DNA of 64,000 nt from Octopus sinensis (GCF_006345805.1 NC_043013.1:11780001-11844000); one strand, 5' to 3'; positions 12,118 through 24,134 are shown, counted from the first letter of the stretch. A program made the numbers and translations. The notes: generated from the letters alone by a model not told the origin.

Positions 12118-12677
12118 TAATAATAATGATAACAAGAACAACAACAACAACAAAATTTTCCCGACGACAGATCTCCAAAACTGTTGTTATTTTTAATATC
12201 GTGACTTTCCATTAATTAGATAAAAGTCCGATAATTTTAATTATAATGTCTTGTTTATAGTAAATATCTTCAACAAATATTTATTTATGAAATTGTCGCA
12301 AAATCTTTGTTTAACATTTTATCTTTTTTTTTACCACAATGTTTTTTTTTTTTGTTTTGGTGAATTAATACATTTATATATTTTAAATTTATTTCCTCAT
12401 TAATTTTTAATTACTTTTTACATTTAGTTTACGGGAATGAAATTAATTTTTTTTTTTTTTGCTGTAGCATTACTGCATTTTAAAAGTCATTCGTTAATTA
12501 TCGTAACATATGTGTTTATTTGTTATAGACTTGTTGCTTTGGAAATAAACTGAAATAGTAAGGGTTAGACGAGTATGTTTAAATATAGGGAGAGTTTACG
12601 AAAATAAACAAAAGACGAAAACAGGTGGTGTGCAAAACAAACAGACGTATTGGTATAACGCTCAGAAATAGTAAAGT

Positions 12678-12713
12678 CTTTTACGTTTCGAGCCTACGCT
12701 CTTCTACAGAAAG
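12678..12713 (-). ncRNA. Minimal type I hammerhead-like motif (Penelope-type) with variant core CUGUAGA
   Basis: Minus strand reads cttt-CTGTAGA-A-gagc(gtag)gctc-GAAA-cg-TA-aaag: 4-bp stem I, 4-bp stem II with tetraloop, palindromic ACGT stem III. Confidence 0.55.
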
Positions 12714-13149
12714 GGACACAGAAAAAAACAAGGAGAGAATAAAAATGTGTGTAGTGGCTAAGTGTAAAATGTAAGTGTATTCGGGCATTCACTAACGATT
12801 TTCCATAACTAGAGGAAACCTAGAACTTATTTCTTTTTAAACCTTGTAATTATTCTCTTGTCTCTTTTGCAGAACTTCTAAGTGACCGGGACATATCAAG
12901 TGGTGGTGTTGGTGGGGGCCAAGTACAAATACAAAGACACAAGCATTCACATATATAGATACACACACACACACATACACACACACACATATATATATAT
13001 ATATGTCTATCTATTTACCTATCTATCTATATCTATATATGTGTGTGTCTGTGTCTGTGTATGTATATATATATCAATACAAAATGGTACAGGAACGCAA
13101 AATATCCGGACCGTTAGGTGATACAAAAAGGAACAAAAAAAACATCCAA

Positions 13150-13330
13150 TTAGACGATACAAAGAAAACATGGACGGGCCATTCGAAGTTTTCTTTCCAC
13201 AGTCAAGCATCAGATTATCCTCGCAATTTCGACTGATTATTCTTGAGATTGCTCCAATCTGGCCAGCCCCAAGGAAAAACTAAGCTAAGAGCATTAGATT
13301 CCTTGGAAGAATGCAGCGAATATATAAAAA
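13150..13330. mobile_element. Diverged inverted relative of the 885-bp element end
   Basis: cattcgaa...cagtcaag...gctgatta(a/t)tcttgagatt...ggccagccc...gaaaaactaagc...gagcattaga aligns to the reverse complement of ~1950-2095. Confidence 0.65.
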
Positions 13331-14236
13331 AAACTAAGGATAGAAAAACGGACAATTTTACACAAATATAAATATAATAAAAATAATAACAGGACATAAC
13401 AACAGGTGTCTTTCGACTAAGGATGAATTGAATTAAGCTTACGCGTTTGGAAATGAAGCCTTACGGAGATACAAGGATTTCACAAACACACGTGGGAAGA
13501 GAAGAGAGAGAGGCAGATGGACAGAAGAATTAAAGAGGGGCGAGAAGAATGACAGGGACACAGTGAATTGAAAAGTGGATGGAAAGTGAGTAAGAAGAGA
13601 AAGCAAAGAAATGTGAGAGAGGGGGAACGAAAGAACGTGGAGTGGATTGAACGAATAAACGTGAAAGTGTATATATTCTGGTATATATTTTATCGAATAC
13701 TCTATTCTGAATCATTAAATTATTTTAGAAGTAAACACAACAACGCATTCTAAGATAATTACCGTTGTTACAACACCGGATTATCATTCTAGGGCCAAAT
13801 AAAAAAACAGAACATCATAATTTACAGTTCCTATCTTAATTATAAGTGTTCCTTTCCTTATTTACAATAGAAAAGATAGGAACGAGACTATAAAACGAAT
13901 GAGGTGATTAAAAAATCTTTTTTTTTTATTTTGTTATGGCGAGAACATTATATGTTAACATACTCCGCAGCTAAACATTCATTTGAAATATTTTAGCTGC
14001 AATGAATATCAAAAATATGTAAATTCACTGAAAACTCAAAGAGCAATGCAGATTCACATGTATTAGTTACCTTTGTTGCATACATACATGCGCATATTTC
14101 TTTACAAGCACCCAGACAGATTCACTTGCATATATGTATACATGCATATTATATTTATATATATGTACACAATAACTCGTATATATATCATATTATATAT
14201 ATATATATATATATACTATATATATAAATATACAAA

Positions 14237-14293
<57 letters not shown>

Positions 14294-14361
14294 TATATAT
14301 ATACACATAAGGGTACTACATGAGTACCTATATCGCCAATGATAGAAGTCGAATATATATA

Positions 14362-14753
14362 TACGGGCTATCTTTTACTGGAAACCAATACTTTCGTATT
14401 GCATTACTATTTTCATTGAAACTTCTTCACTGTTCTCGTTCTGTTAACGTTTTGGCGTTCAGACGAGTGTACTGGCATAGATGTAACAACATTTGAAATT
14501 TCGTCGAGGTATATGCAGCTGATGAAGACAAATCAAATCTACGTTGGCAAACGTATTTGAAGAGTCTGAATCCGGTACTGCATTATCCGCTTCTAGGTTT
14601 TTCATTTTTCAGATGTTCTTCCTAGAGGTAAGACATTTCTTTTTTCATGTTTGTTGCACACACACGTCTTTACTAATATAAACGCAGTGAAGCTAGACAA
14701 TAGCGTCCTATTTATTACGATCGCTATTTTCCAGTAAATATCGGAACTTCGTA
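14362..14753. mobile_element. Possible TA-flanked MITE with imperfect TIRs
   Basis: Left end tacgggctatcttttactggaaa versus reverse complement of the right end tacgaagttccgatatttactggaaa. Confidence 0.35.
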
Positions 14754-14777
14754 GTACCATTTATTTACTTTGAAATG

Positions 14778-14837
<60 letters not shown>

Positions 14838-15181
14838 CATATGTATGTATGTGTAATTAATGTTGAAATGAGAAATAAGAAAAGGTGCTAAGAATGCAGA
14901 AAAGTTTTGAAATCATTTGTATTTCGGTCGCAAAGGCATGTCTTCAGAAGAATACATTCACAGAAGTGTGTACTTACATTTTGGATAGTCAAAATGTTAT
15001 CCAAAATGCTATCCAAAATAACTGGAGTTATGTAAATAGACATTTCGTTGGATGTGTTCTTTTGAAATATAAAGGTCTTTTAAAACTTTCTGCATTTTCA
15101 GAAACGTTTCTCGTTTCGCATTTCATAAATTTTATGTTACATATATAAATATATATTTATATATATAATATATATATATTA

Positions 15182-15236
<55 letters not shown>

Positions 15237-15329
15237 CAAGAATGTAGTACATAAAAACATGCACACACACAAACACACACACACTGCCCGTACAGGTTCT
15301 AACTTCTGAACTTCATATAATTGATCCTT

Positions 15330-15740
15330 AAAGCTTGTTGCTGAGCTGCGCATATAAATGCTTCTGTATCTAGTTTCAGGTCACTGCTCCTCATCCACCG
15401 CCACGGTTGCTCTGAATCTGTCTTGGCGTTTCCATCTCTTGCAAACTGACCGTACATTTTGTCTTCCTTCCATGATTTTTCTGGGGTTTTTTTGGGGGGT
15501 TTTTTTTGTTCATTTCTTATTTAAATATTTCTTTAGTTACACTAATTTCAGTTTTGATGACGCCGGCCTTCTTCGTTTGTTTCAAAAGTGGCTCCACGGC
15601 ATATTTTACACACCACCCTAGGCTGTCTCCCTCTGCTTTGACACAGTTCTGGTAACTGATCAAACCTCTCCGACCTTTTCTTCTAGACAAGAACAGCCTA
15701 TTTGTGTCACTCGTAGGGAGCACAGTCAACATTTTCTGGT
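15330..15740 (-). mobile_element. R4/Dong-type non-LTR retrotransposon fragment
   Basis: Minus-strand SDTNRLFLSRRKGRRGLISYQNCVKAE...VEPLL matches the DxxRLYxxRxxGGRGL motif after the RT; degenerate. Confidence 0.8.
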
Positions 15741-15809
15741 CTTGTTATCAATTTTCTTCATTTCTCTCTTTTGCCATTTTATAATACCCTATCCATAACG
15801 AAGTGATGC

Positions 15810-15831
15810 TCATCATCATCATCTTTATCAG

Positions 15832-15875
<44 letters not shown>

Positions 15876-15938
15876 ACAAATTGTTATAATAATAATAATT
15901 TATAATAATAATAAGAATTATTATTATTATTATTATTA

Positions 15939-16011
<73 letters not shown>

Positions 16012-16012
16012 G
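15810..16012. repeat. (CAT)n / (TAA)n / (TTA)n compound microsatellite
   Basis: Visible directly. Confidence 0.95.
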
Positions 16013-16014
16013 AA

Positions 16015-16242
16015 AGGCGGTGAGCTGGCAGAAACGTTAGCAAAGGCAAAACGCTTAGCAGTATTTCGTCTGCCTCTACGTTCTGAGTTCAAATTCCGCC
16101 GAGGTAGTGTTTGCCTTTCACCCTTTAGGGGTCGATTAAATAAGTACCTGTTACGCACTGGAGTCGATGTAATCGACTTAATCCGTTTGTCTTTCTTTGT
16201 TTGTCCCCTTTATGTTTAGCCCCCTGTGGGCAATAAAGAAAT
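16015..16242 (+). mobile_element. SINE family A, full length (long-tail subfamily)
   Basis: aggcggtgagctggcagaaacgttagc head, gttcaaattcc B-box, tail tttagccccctgtgggcaataaagaaat. Confidence 0.92.
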
Positions 16243-16829
16243 TTAAAAAACTATTATTATTATTATTTACAGTGAGCTGGCAGAATTATTATCGCGCTGG
16301 ATAAAATGCTTAGAGGTATCTCACCTATATATATATATACGCTCTCAGTTCAAATTCTACGAGGGGCGACTTTGTCTTCCTTTCTTTTGAGGTCGATGAT
16401 ACTGGGGTTGATGTGGCAAAATTTGAAACTGTTATTTTTGGTTTTCTTCTTCTTCTTCTTCTTCTTCTTTTCTTCTTCTTCTTCTTCTTCTTCTTTTCTT
16501 CTTCTTCTTCTTCTTCTTCTTCGTCTTCTTCTTCTTCTTCTCCTTCTTCCAATCAGGACTCATGCCATTAGCCACAAATAATAATCTCTAATTCGAACCT
16601 ACGCTAAGCTACTAAGAATGCGTGTGGCAACTTGAAGATCCATTCACCACACGTGATAGCACGGGCGCGAAAGCTACGTTGTTATCCTCATTCCGTAAAC
16701 GCTGGCTTTTAACGAGTGGAGAGCTGAACCATCCTGGGATACAGAGGATTCGCAATCTAGACTATGGTCTGAAAGTTTACCACGCCATAGTGGGTTACAC
16801 CATGGTTCCTCTGCTTTGTGGCAGAAGTA

Positions 16830-17017
16830 GGAAGAAAGAGTGAGAGAATGTTGTGCTGAAAGAGTACAGCGAGCTTCACCACCATCACCCCGCCGGAGCC
16901 TCGTGGAGCTTAGATGTTTTTGCTCAATAAACAGTTACAATGCCCGGTCTGAGAATCGAAACTGCGTTCTTACGACCGCGAGTCCGCTGCCCTAACCAGT
17001 AGGCCATTGCGCCTCCA
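16830..17017 (-). mobile_element. SINE family C head and body
   Basis: Reverse complement of ggaggcgcaatggcctactggttagggcagcggactcgcgg. The tail differs from C1 and C2. Confidence 0.85.
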
Positions 17018-17662
17018 CTGCTGCTGTTGCTGTTGTTGGTGTGGTGGTTATCGTCATATTCGAAATAGCATTTTAATGATAATGGTTTTATTATAAAGAA
17101 AAAAGGTCGATACAAGGAGTGCGGAAAAAGAAGAGAACATACATTAATAAAATTAAACATTTATCGCATTAACGAAACAAGAGTTTAATCAATATACAAA
17201 TATTATAACACAATTAATTCTTTTTTTAAAGTAAAAAGCGCACTAAATATTCAATACATTAATTTAAGAACAGATTAAACTTAAAACATAATGTTAAAGA
17301 AGCCGAGGAGAAAATTATGTATACTGATGGGAGTGTAAAGCTCTTTATTTGATTGATTCTTTGTTACAGAAAAGAGAACAAAACGTTTGGTTAAATATCC
17401 TATATATGTATGGAATGTACGGGGTGACAAGGAGGATATGTGCCTTTAACGCGGAAAAACTATGCATGTTTAGGGGTGGTTTGTTCGCTCTGTTTCATCC
17501 TGTCACCTGTCTCTTCTTTGTTGCTCCAAGTAGCTGTTTGCAAGCGATAGCTTCCAACAACCAAAAAACCGTTTTCACGGATGTGGGTAACCGAAGGGCA
17601 TATAACATTAAGTGAGTTAGGGTTTGTCTAAATAAGCACGAGACGACTAGATCCGGAGGACT

Positions 17663-17862
17663 ATTCTTTTACTTGTTTCAGTCATTTGACTGCGGCCATG
17701 CTGGAGCACCGCCTTTAGTCGAGCAAATGGACCCAGGAACTTATTATTCTTTGGAAGCCCAGTACTTATTCTATCGGTCTCTTTTGCCGAAACGCTAAGT
17801 GACGGGGACGTAAAACACAGCATCGGTTGTCAAGCAATGCTAGGGGGAGCAAAACATACACA

Positions 17863-17940
<78 letters not shown>

Positions 17941-18104
17941 CGACAGGCTTCTTTCAGTTTCCGTCTACCAAATCCACTCACAAGGCATTGGTCGGGCCGG
18001 GGCTATAGCAGAAGACACTTGCCCAAGATGCCACGCATTCGGACTGAACCCGGAACCATGTGGTTGGTTAGCAAGCTACTTACCACACAGCTACTCCTGC
18101 GCCT
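17663..18104 (-). mobile_element. SINE family B, full length (CORE-like body, internal TA microsatellite)
   Basis: Reverse complement starts aggcgcaggagtagctgtgtggtaagtagcttgc, includes cttgggcaagtgtctt and ends gactgaaacaagtaaaag. Confidence 0.92.
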
Positions 18105-18594
18105 ATATAAAAGAAATATTTGTGATTCAACAGAGAGGTAGACGACTGTAGCAACGCATTATAAATATCAAGATGAGGCCAGCAAGACATTTGGTCATCC
18201 ACAATATATCCGTCTCAATCCCAAGTCGTTTTGACTTGGTTTTCTGACAGGCTCTAAAGATGAGCACGGACGAGAAAGTGGGGTTGACAAAGCTCACCGG
18301 CTAAGTAAACATTCATCCCATACTCAAGATGACAAAATGACGCTTATGGCTCCGAAGGAGAACCATATATTTATGCCCGTGCAAGGTCGGTTGGCTGGGA
18401 AGTGAACACCGAAATGATCTGATCCTACTTGCCTCCTTCCACGGTGAGCTGTGGAAAAAGTGTTCTTTTTACGGTATATTGAATCAACCATGAAGCGTGA
18501 AATTCGGTACAGGAAAAAGATGTCTACTGCATACGTTCTAGATTTCAACGCAATAAGCAATAAATGGTATTCGTTCCTTCTAATTTCAACAAAT

Positions 18595-18666
<72 letters not shown>

Positions 18667-18709
18667 GTGTGTGTGTGTAATGATGATGATGATAATAATA
18701 ATGATGACG

Positions 18710-18751
<42 letters not shown>

Positions 18752-18757
18752 GCCTTT

Positions 18758-19140
18758 AACTCTTTTACTTGTTTCAGTCATTTGAGTGTGGCCATGCTGG
18801 AGCACTGCCTTTAGTCGAGCAAATCGACCCAAAGGACTTATTCTTAGTAAGCCTAGTACTTACTCCATCGGCCTCTTCTGTCGAACCGCCGAATTACGGG
18901 GATGCACACACACCAGCACCGGCTGTCAAGCGATGTTGGGGGGACAAACACAGACACACAGATATACACACACCCATATATATATATATACATATATACG
19001 ACAGGCTTCCTTCACTTTCCGTCCACCAAATCCACCCACAAGGCTTTGGTGAGCCCGAGGCTATAGTTGAAGATACTTGCTGAAGTTGCCACGTAGTGGG
19101 GCTGAACCCAGAAATATGTGGTTCGTAAGCAAGCTACTTA
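18758..19140 (-). mobile_element. SINE family B, 5' truncated, between (TAA)n tracts
   Basis: Collinear with 17663-18104. Confidence 0.9.
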
Positions 19141-19200
<60 letters not shown>

Positions 19201-19657
19201 TAGGCTGCATTGCGTATTCGATTCTGTTTTGCATCTGTTATTTTATTATTGATCTTCTATATAAATGAACCTATACTCTTTAATTTGCTGCTTTCCCTAC
19301 ACGATGTGAGAAGATACATTGCAGAACTTTTTAACGAGTTATGTCTATTTATCACTCGAAGAGACACATCTGCACCGTCGGATGCTCCTGAACCAGTTGT
19401 TAAGTATCCCATCAATGAGGAATCGAGATTAAATAGTGCGAAACAACTGTAGTGAGTAAGAGAAATTCTCGTATCTTCCATCGCCTGTCTTCAATTCATC
19501 GCGCGCGCACACACACACATGCATGTGTCTATATATATATGTATGCATACATACACCCACACCTACACATGAATGTATGCATGTATGTAAGTATAATTCC
19601 TGTATCGTACGAACGTACTCGATATTTAACCACCTTTGTCTCTCTCTGATATATATA

Positions 19658-19708
<51 letters not shown>

Positions 19709-19769
19709 ATATATATCACTTTCTATTTCATATCTTATCATAACTATTGCTTAACCAATCTCTCACACT

Positions 19770-19817
19770 GTCTCTGATGAAGGGATGCATAAAATATCCC
19801 GGAAACAGCTGTAAGAT
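19770..19817 (+). ncRNA. Minimal type I hammerhead ribozyme motif (Penelope-type)
   Basis: gtct-CTGATGA-a-gggat(gcataaaat)atccc-g-GAAA-cagctg-TA-agat. The core is canonical, stem III is the palindrome ACAGCTGT, and stem I is gtct/agat. It lies in a ~160-bp island (19718-19875) flanked by (TA)n. Confidence 0.7.
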
Positions 19818-19870
19818 CTATTTATAAATGTTCTGAAATCTTTCACTGCCTTGGATTTTTATCTAATTTG

Positions 19871-19935
<65 letters not shown>

Positions 19936-20573
19936 TAATATATATATATATATATATAAAGTCAAGGCATACGTAATGCTGATTATATATTTGCATATCA
20001 CTCCAAAAATCAGTATAAATGGAGCATAGTCATGGATTTCCAATATAGAATGGTGATGAACCATAACCTCTTAAATAGCCTCAAGAATGCGTGGCGTACT
20101 TTATTAATCTAAACATTGTTGTTGGTCTCGTATACAAACTGAGAGCTTATAAAGTATTTTGCTCGGATTGGTAATCCATCACTACTAACTCTGTTATATA
20201 TATATTTATATATACACATAATGAGGGAGAGAGGGAAAGAGTGACTGAATTAGCATGAGACGTAGTCTGCTCATACTGGGAACTGGAACACGTCTTAGAT
20301 TATAGTCTTTGGTGTATGAGTACGTAAGCGGCTTTTAAGACTCGAGACCTGTTGGAAATTTGCATTACGAAGAATGTAATTATGTCTCATTCAGCAGGTG
20401 GTAATGTTGCTTGTCTTGTCAGATACATAAATACTTAAATATCCTTTTGTTTCACCAGGGTGGCACGTACGTGTCTTATTACAATTGAGCCTGATGAAAT
20501 GATTGTGTCTGGTTGTGTGTGATGGAATTTTCTCTGGACATCTTTGGCCAAATACAGGAGAATGTGCTTTATA

Positions 20574-20999
20574 TATCTTACTTAACGTAGAAATGTTGTA
20601 GAAAGCAACAAACTCCACTCTTCGTTTCGAGAAAAGATACACCCATATAGTGCTAAAAAGCACAGAATGACATCATTAACGAAAGAAAACTAACCTGCAG
20701 TAGCGGTGGAATGCCTAAATATAGATATCTGCTTCTTTTAGCGTCATCAGTTGCAAATATCTGCAAGCAAGCGCATGCTTAGATGAATGTACCCGCTACT
20801 GATAGAGAAAAACTATGATTAACGTATCACTGGACTGACAAAGATATAGGATATAAATTCTTTATTAGCGACAGAAACAGTATGAAGATCAAATTAACAT
20901 TCTGCATATTTTTACTTCACTTTTATAAATGAGATGCTGTCTCCAGACGATTATTGGTGTTTTATTATTTTCTATAATATATCTACGTTAAGTAAGATA
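20574..20999. mobile_element. Candidate MITE with ~30-bp TIRs and TA target duplication
   Basis: 20573-20604 and 20969-21000 are inverted repeats (29/32, outer 19 perfect): TA|TCTTACTTAACGTAGA...TCTACGTTAAGTAAGA|TA. Confidence 0.65.
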
Positions 21000-21068
21000 T
21001 TCAAAATGCTATTTTGTACTAATAATGCTTCTGTCGCTACTAACATGCATATATATACACATGCATAC

Positions 21069-21115
<47 letters not shown>

Positions 21116-21545
21116 TAAACTCAAAACGCATAACTAAAAACAGCATACACTGAGACTAAATTAGTGCTATGGTAGGTCATGAGAAGAGCTGGGTGACTGA
21201 CCGTCTTGTGATACGATGCGTAAGGAATGCAAAAGAATAAAACAGAAAGAAAATATACAAACAAACGAATAAACAGTTAAAAAAATGCAGAAATAAAAAT
21301 TCGTGATAGCCAACTCATTCAAATGAATTCGTTTTTTCTTTGAAACTTGATTAAAAACCAATTTCTATGAAGGGATATTTTTATTTTTACTTTTTCCCCA
21401 TATGTTGGTATGTTTGTTACAGATGGTGGTGTTGTTGGTTTTCCTGGTGATGATAGAAAGTATTATGATTATTTATTATTGTTTATGTTTTTTTATTTAT
21501 TATTTCTGTTGTTTATGCGAGTGTTTTCTTTAATTCTAATGAATA

Positions 21546-21599
<54 letters not shown>

Positions 21600-21812
21600 A
21601 TATATATTGTTGTTGTTGATGCTGTTGTTAAACTGAATCTGAAGATTAATCTTTTTTTCTCCTGACACTTTACAGAGATAAACGACACACAGTCCTCGCC
21701 CTCAACGTGAATAAAACATAAAGTGAAAAGGTCACCTAATATTTGAAATATGTTCATGATGATAATAATTATGATGACGATGACGACGATGAAATTGATG
21801 ATGATGATGATG

Positions 21813-21864
<52 letters not shown>

Positions 21865-21887
21865 CAACAACAACAATAATAATAATC

Positions 21888-22095
21888 CATTCTGCTAAAG
21901 GCACAAGGCCCCTTTTTTGGAGGAAGGGATAAAGTCGATTACATCGACCCCAGTGCGTAACTGGTACTTATTTCATCGACCTCGAAAGAATGAACGGCCA
22001 AATCGACGTCGACGAATTTGAACTCTGAACGTAAAGAAGGCCGAAATACCGCTGATCATTCCGTTCAGCGTTGTAATGATTCTGCCAGCTCACCG

Positions 22096-22098
<3 letters not shown>
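21888..22098 (-). mobile_element. SINE family A
   Basis: Reverse complement of the family A consensus, flanked by (TAA)n. Confidence 0.88.
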
Positions 22099-22173
<75 letters not shown>

Positions 22174-22183
22174 CAACAACAAC

Positions 22184-22245
<62 letters not shown>

Positions 22246-22289
22246 GTGTAAACCCATGTGAGATAAGTCCATTAAACTATCCAACTGTT

Positions 22290-24132
22290 TAATATGATCT
22301 TGGAATAGGTAATAGAAAAACTGAGCCACTTGCTATTCATGGACGACCTGAAGGTTTTCACAAAACCTGAGGCAAATCTGGACAGCCTAGTCCAGTCTGA
22401 GCGGATTTTCATCAATGATATTAAGATGAAGTTTGGTCTCTCAAAACGTCCTATGGTGGTGATGAGACGAGGAAAGCTTGCCAGGACAGAAGGCTTATAG
22501 TTACCAAGTGGTGAAATGATGAAGGCAATTACATTCGATCCATCTATAAATACCTGGAAATACTTGAGGTAGATAGAATCAAACACCACACCTTGAAGGA
22601 AAAGGCGAAAAGAGAGTAGCTGCGGCGAGTGAGAAAAATATTGACTTCAAATCTGAATGTCAGAAACATAATTTCGGCAATAAACTCGCGCGCAGTCGCA
22701 GTAGTTCGGAATGGCGCTGGAATTTTGAAGTGGACAGAGGAGGAGCCGATGGGGATGGACAGAAAGTCAAGAAAACCCCTAACGATGCATGGAACCCATC
22801 ATCCACGTGCAGACGCTGATCACCTATACATATTTCTTTACTACGTACAAGGGGCTAAATACAGAGAGGACAAAGAAGGACAGACAAACGGATTAAGTTG
22901 ATTATATCGTCCCTAGTGCGTAACTGGTACTTATTTCATCGACCCCGAAAGGATGAAAGGCAAAGTCGACCTCGACGGAATTTGAACCCAGAACGTAACG
23001 GCAGATGAAATACCGCTAAGCATTTTGAGAGGAAATGGAGGAAGGGGACTGATATGTGTGGAAGACTGCGTGCGTATCATACTGAAGAGCTTAATAAGAT
23101 ACCTAGCCCAAAGTAACGAAAACCTGATAGTGATAGTTTAGAACAAGGGAACATTGAAAGCAGAGAACTAAAGGAAAAACAAAGGAAGAAGTACAAAAAG
23201 CACACGAAGAAAACTTACGCCAGAAGGGACTACATAATCAATTCCATGTAGCCTCAACAGATGCTGGAAAAAATAGGTGAAATAGGCTGATGAAAGGAGC
23301 CCTTATAAAAAGAACAAAGAGCATTATACCGGCAGCGCAAGACCAAGCTTTGGGCACGAACTGGAGGGTCAGTGTTAGGAATGTACAAGTGTGTCCGCTG
23401 TGTTGCATCTACAGTAGACTGGATGAAACAATTGCCTTTATCATGAACGAATGCGCTTGATGTGTCCAAAACCACTACAATTACAGTGACACAATCAGGT
23501 AGCGAAAGTGCTACATAGGAAACTGCAAAGAGAGGGGGGGAAGACAAACCACCTCCAGTGCTTGAAAATGATCACATCTCACTCCTCAGGAACTTCACCA
23601 TTCAAACTGACAGAAAGATAGATGTGAATAAGCCACACATCATATTGAAAGACTTCAGACAAAAATCATGCCTCCCCCTTGATATGACTGTTCCAATTGA
23701 TATACATATATCTGTCAAAACCCACCAAAAACTGAGCAAGTATAAAGAACTTGAAACAGAAATTGGCAAAATGTGGAACCTGAAGACTAAAACAATACCT
23801 GTTGTCATAGGTGCCCTAGGGATGATAGCAAAAGGGCCTGATTGCTACCTAGCTCAGATACCAGGAAACCCCAAAATGGCAGAAATTCAAAAGATAGTGC
23901 TCATGGGAACTGCCCATATTCTACGTAAAATACTGTCTATGTAATCTCAAATTTTAAATCAACCTCGTAATTTTCTTGTTTTCTTAAACATTCTCTACAA
24001 CAATGCTTTGTGCAAAACCAAATATATGACACCCTAGGAATAACGCCAACATGAACTTCTAACTTGTTGTCTCTTGAGGTCTCTGAGCGAAACTTGGAGC
24101 CAACATCTACAAATGTAAAGCAAAAGTCAAAC

Positions 24133-24134
<2 letters not shown>
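22290..24134 (+). mobile_element. 5'-truncated R4/Dong-type non-LTR retrotransposon (RT remnant, decayed CCHC, REL endonuclease, 3'UTR); pseudogenised
   Basis: HLLFMDDLK, YKYLE, RKILTSNLNVRNIISAINSRAV, RGNGGRGL, and the C-terminus TIQTDRKIDVNKPHI...KYKEL...PVVIGALG...LMGTAHILRKIL (ORF 23558-23944). Bounded by (TAA)n on both sides. Confidence 0.93.
22831..23025 (-). mobile_element. SINE family A inserted into the Dong-type element
   Basis: Splits the LYI|LRGNGGRGL motif of the host LINE. Confidence 0.9.

Noticed and set aside
14516-14555. CTGATGAAGAC... as a hammerhead
   Set aside because: No stem II or GAAA downstream.
19257-19481. Open frames on both strands with splice-like signals
   Set aside because: The two strand interpretations conflict and no motif is recognisable, so support is insufficient.
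20695-20760. 66-nt minus-strand exon IFATDDAKRSRYLYLGIPPLLQ with CAG|gttagt donor
   Set aside because: It lies inside the candidate MITE and the acceptor is weak, so it was not called as host coding sequence.
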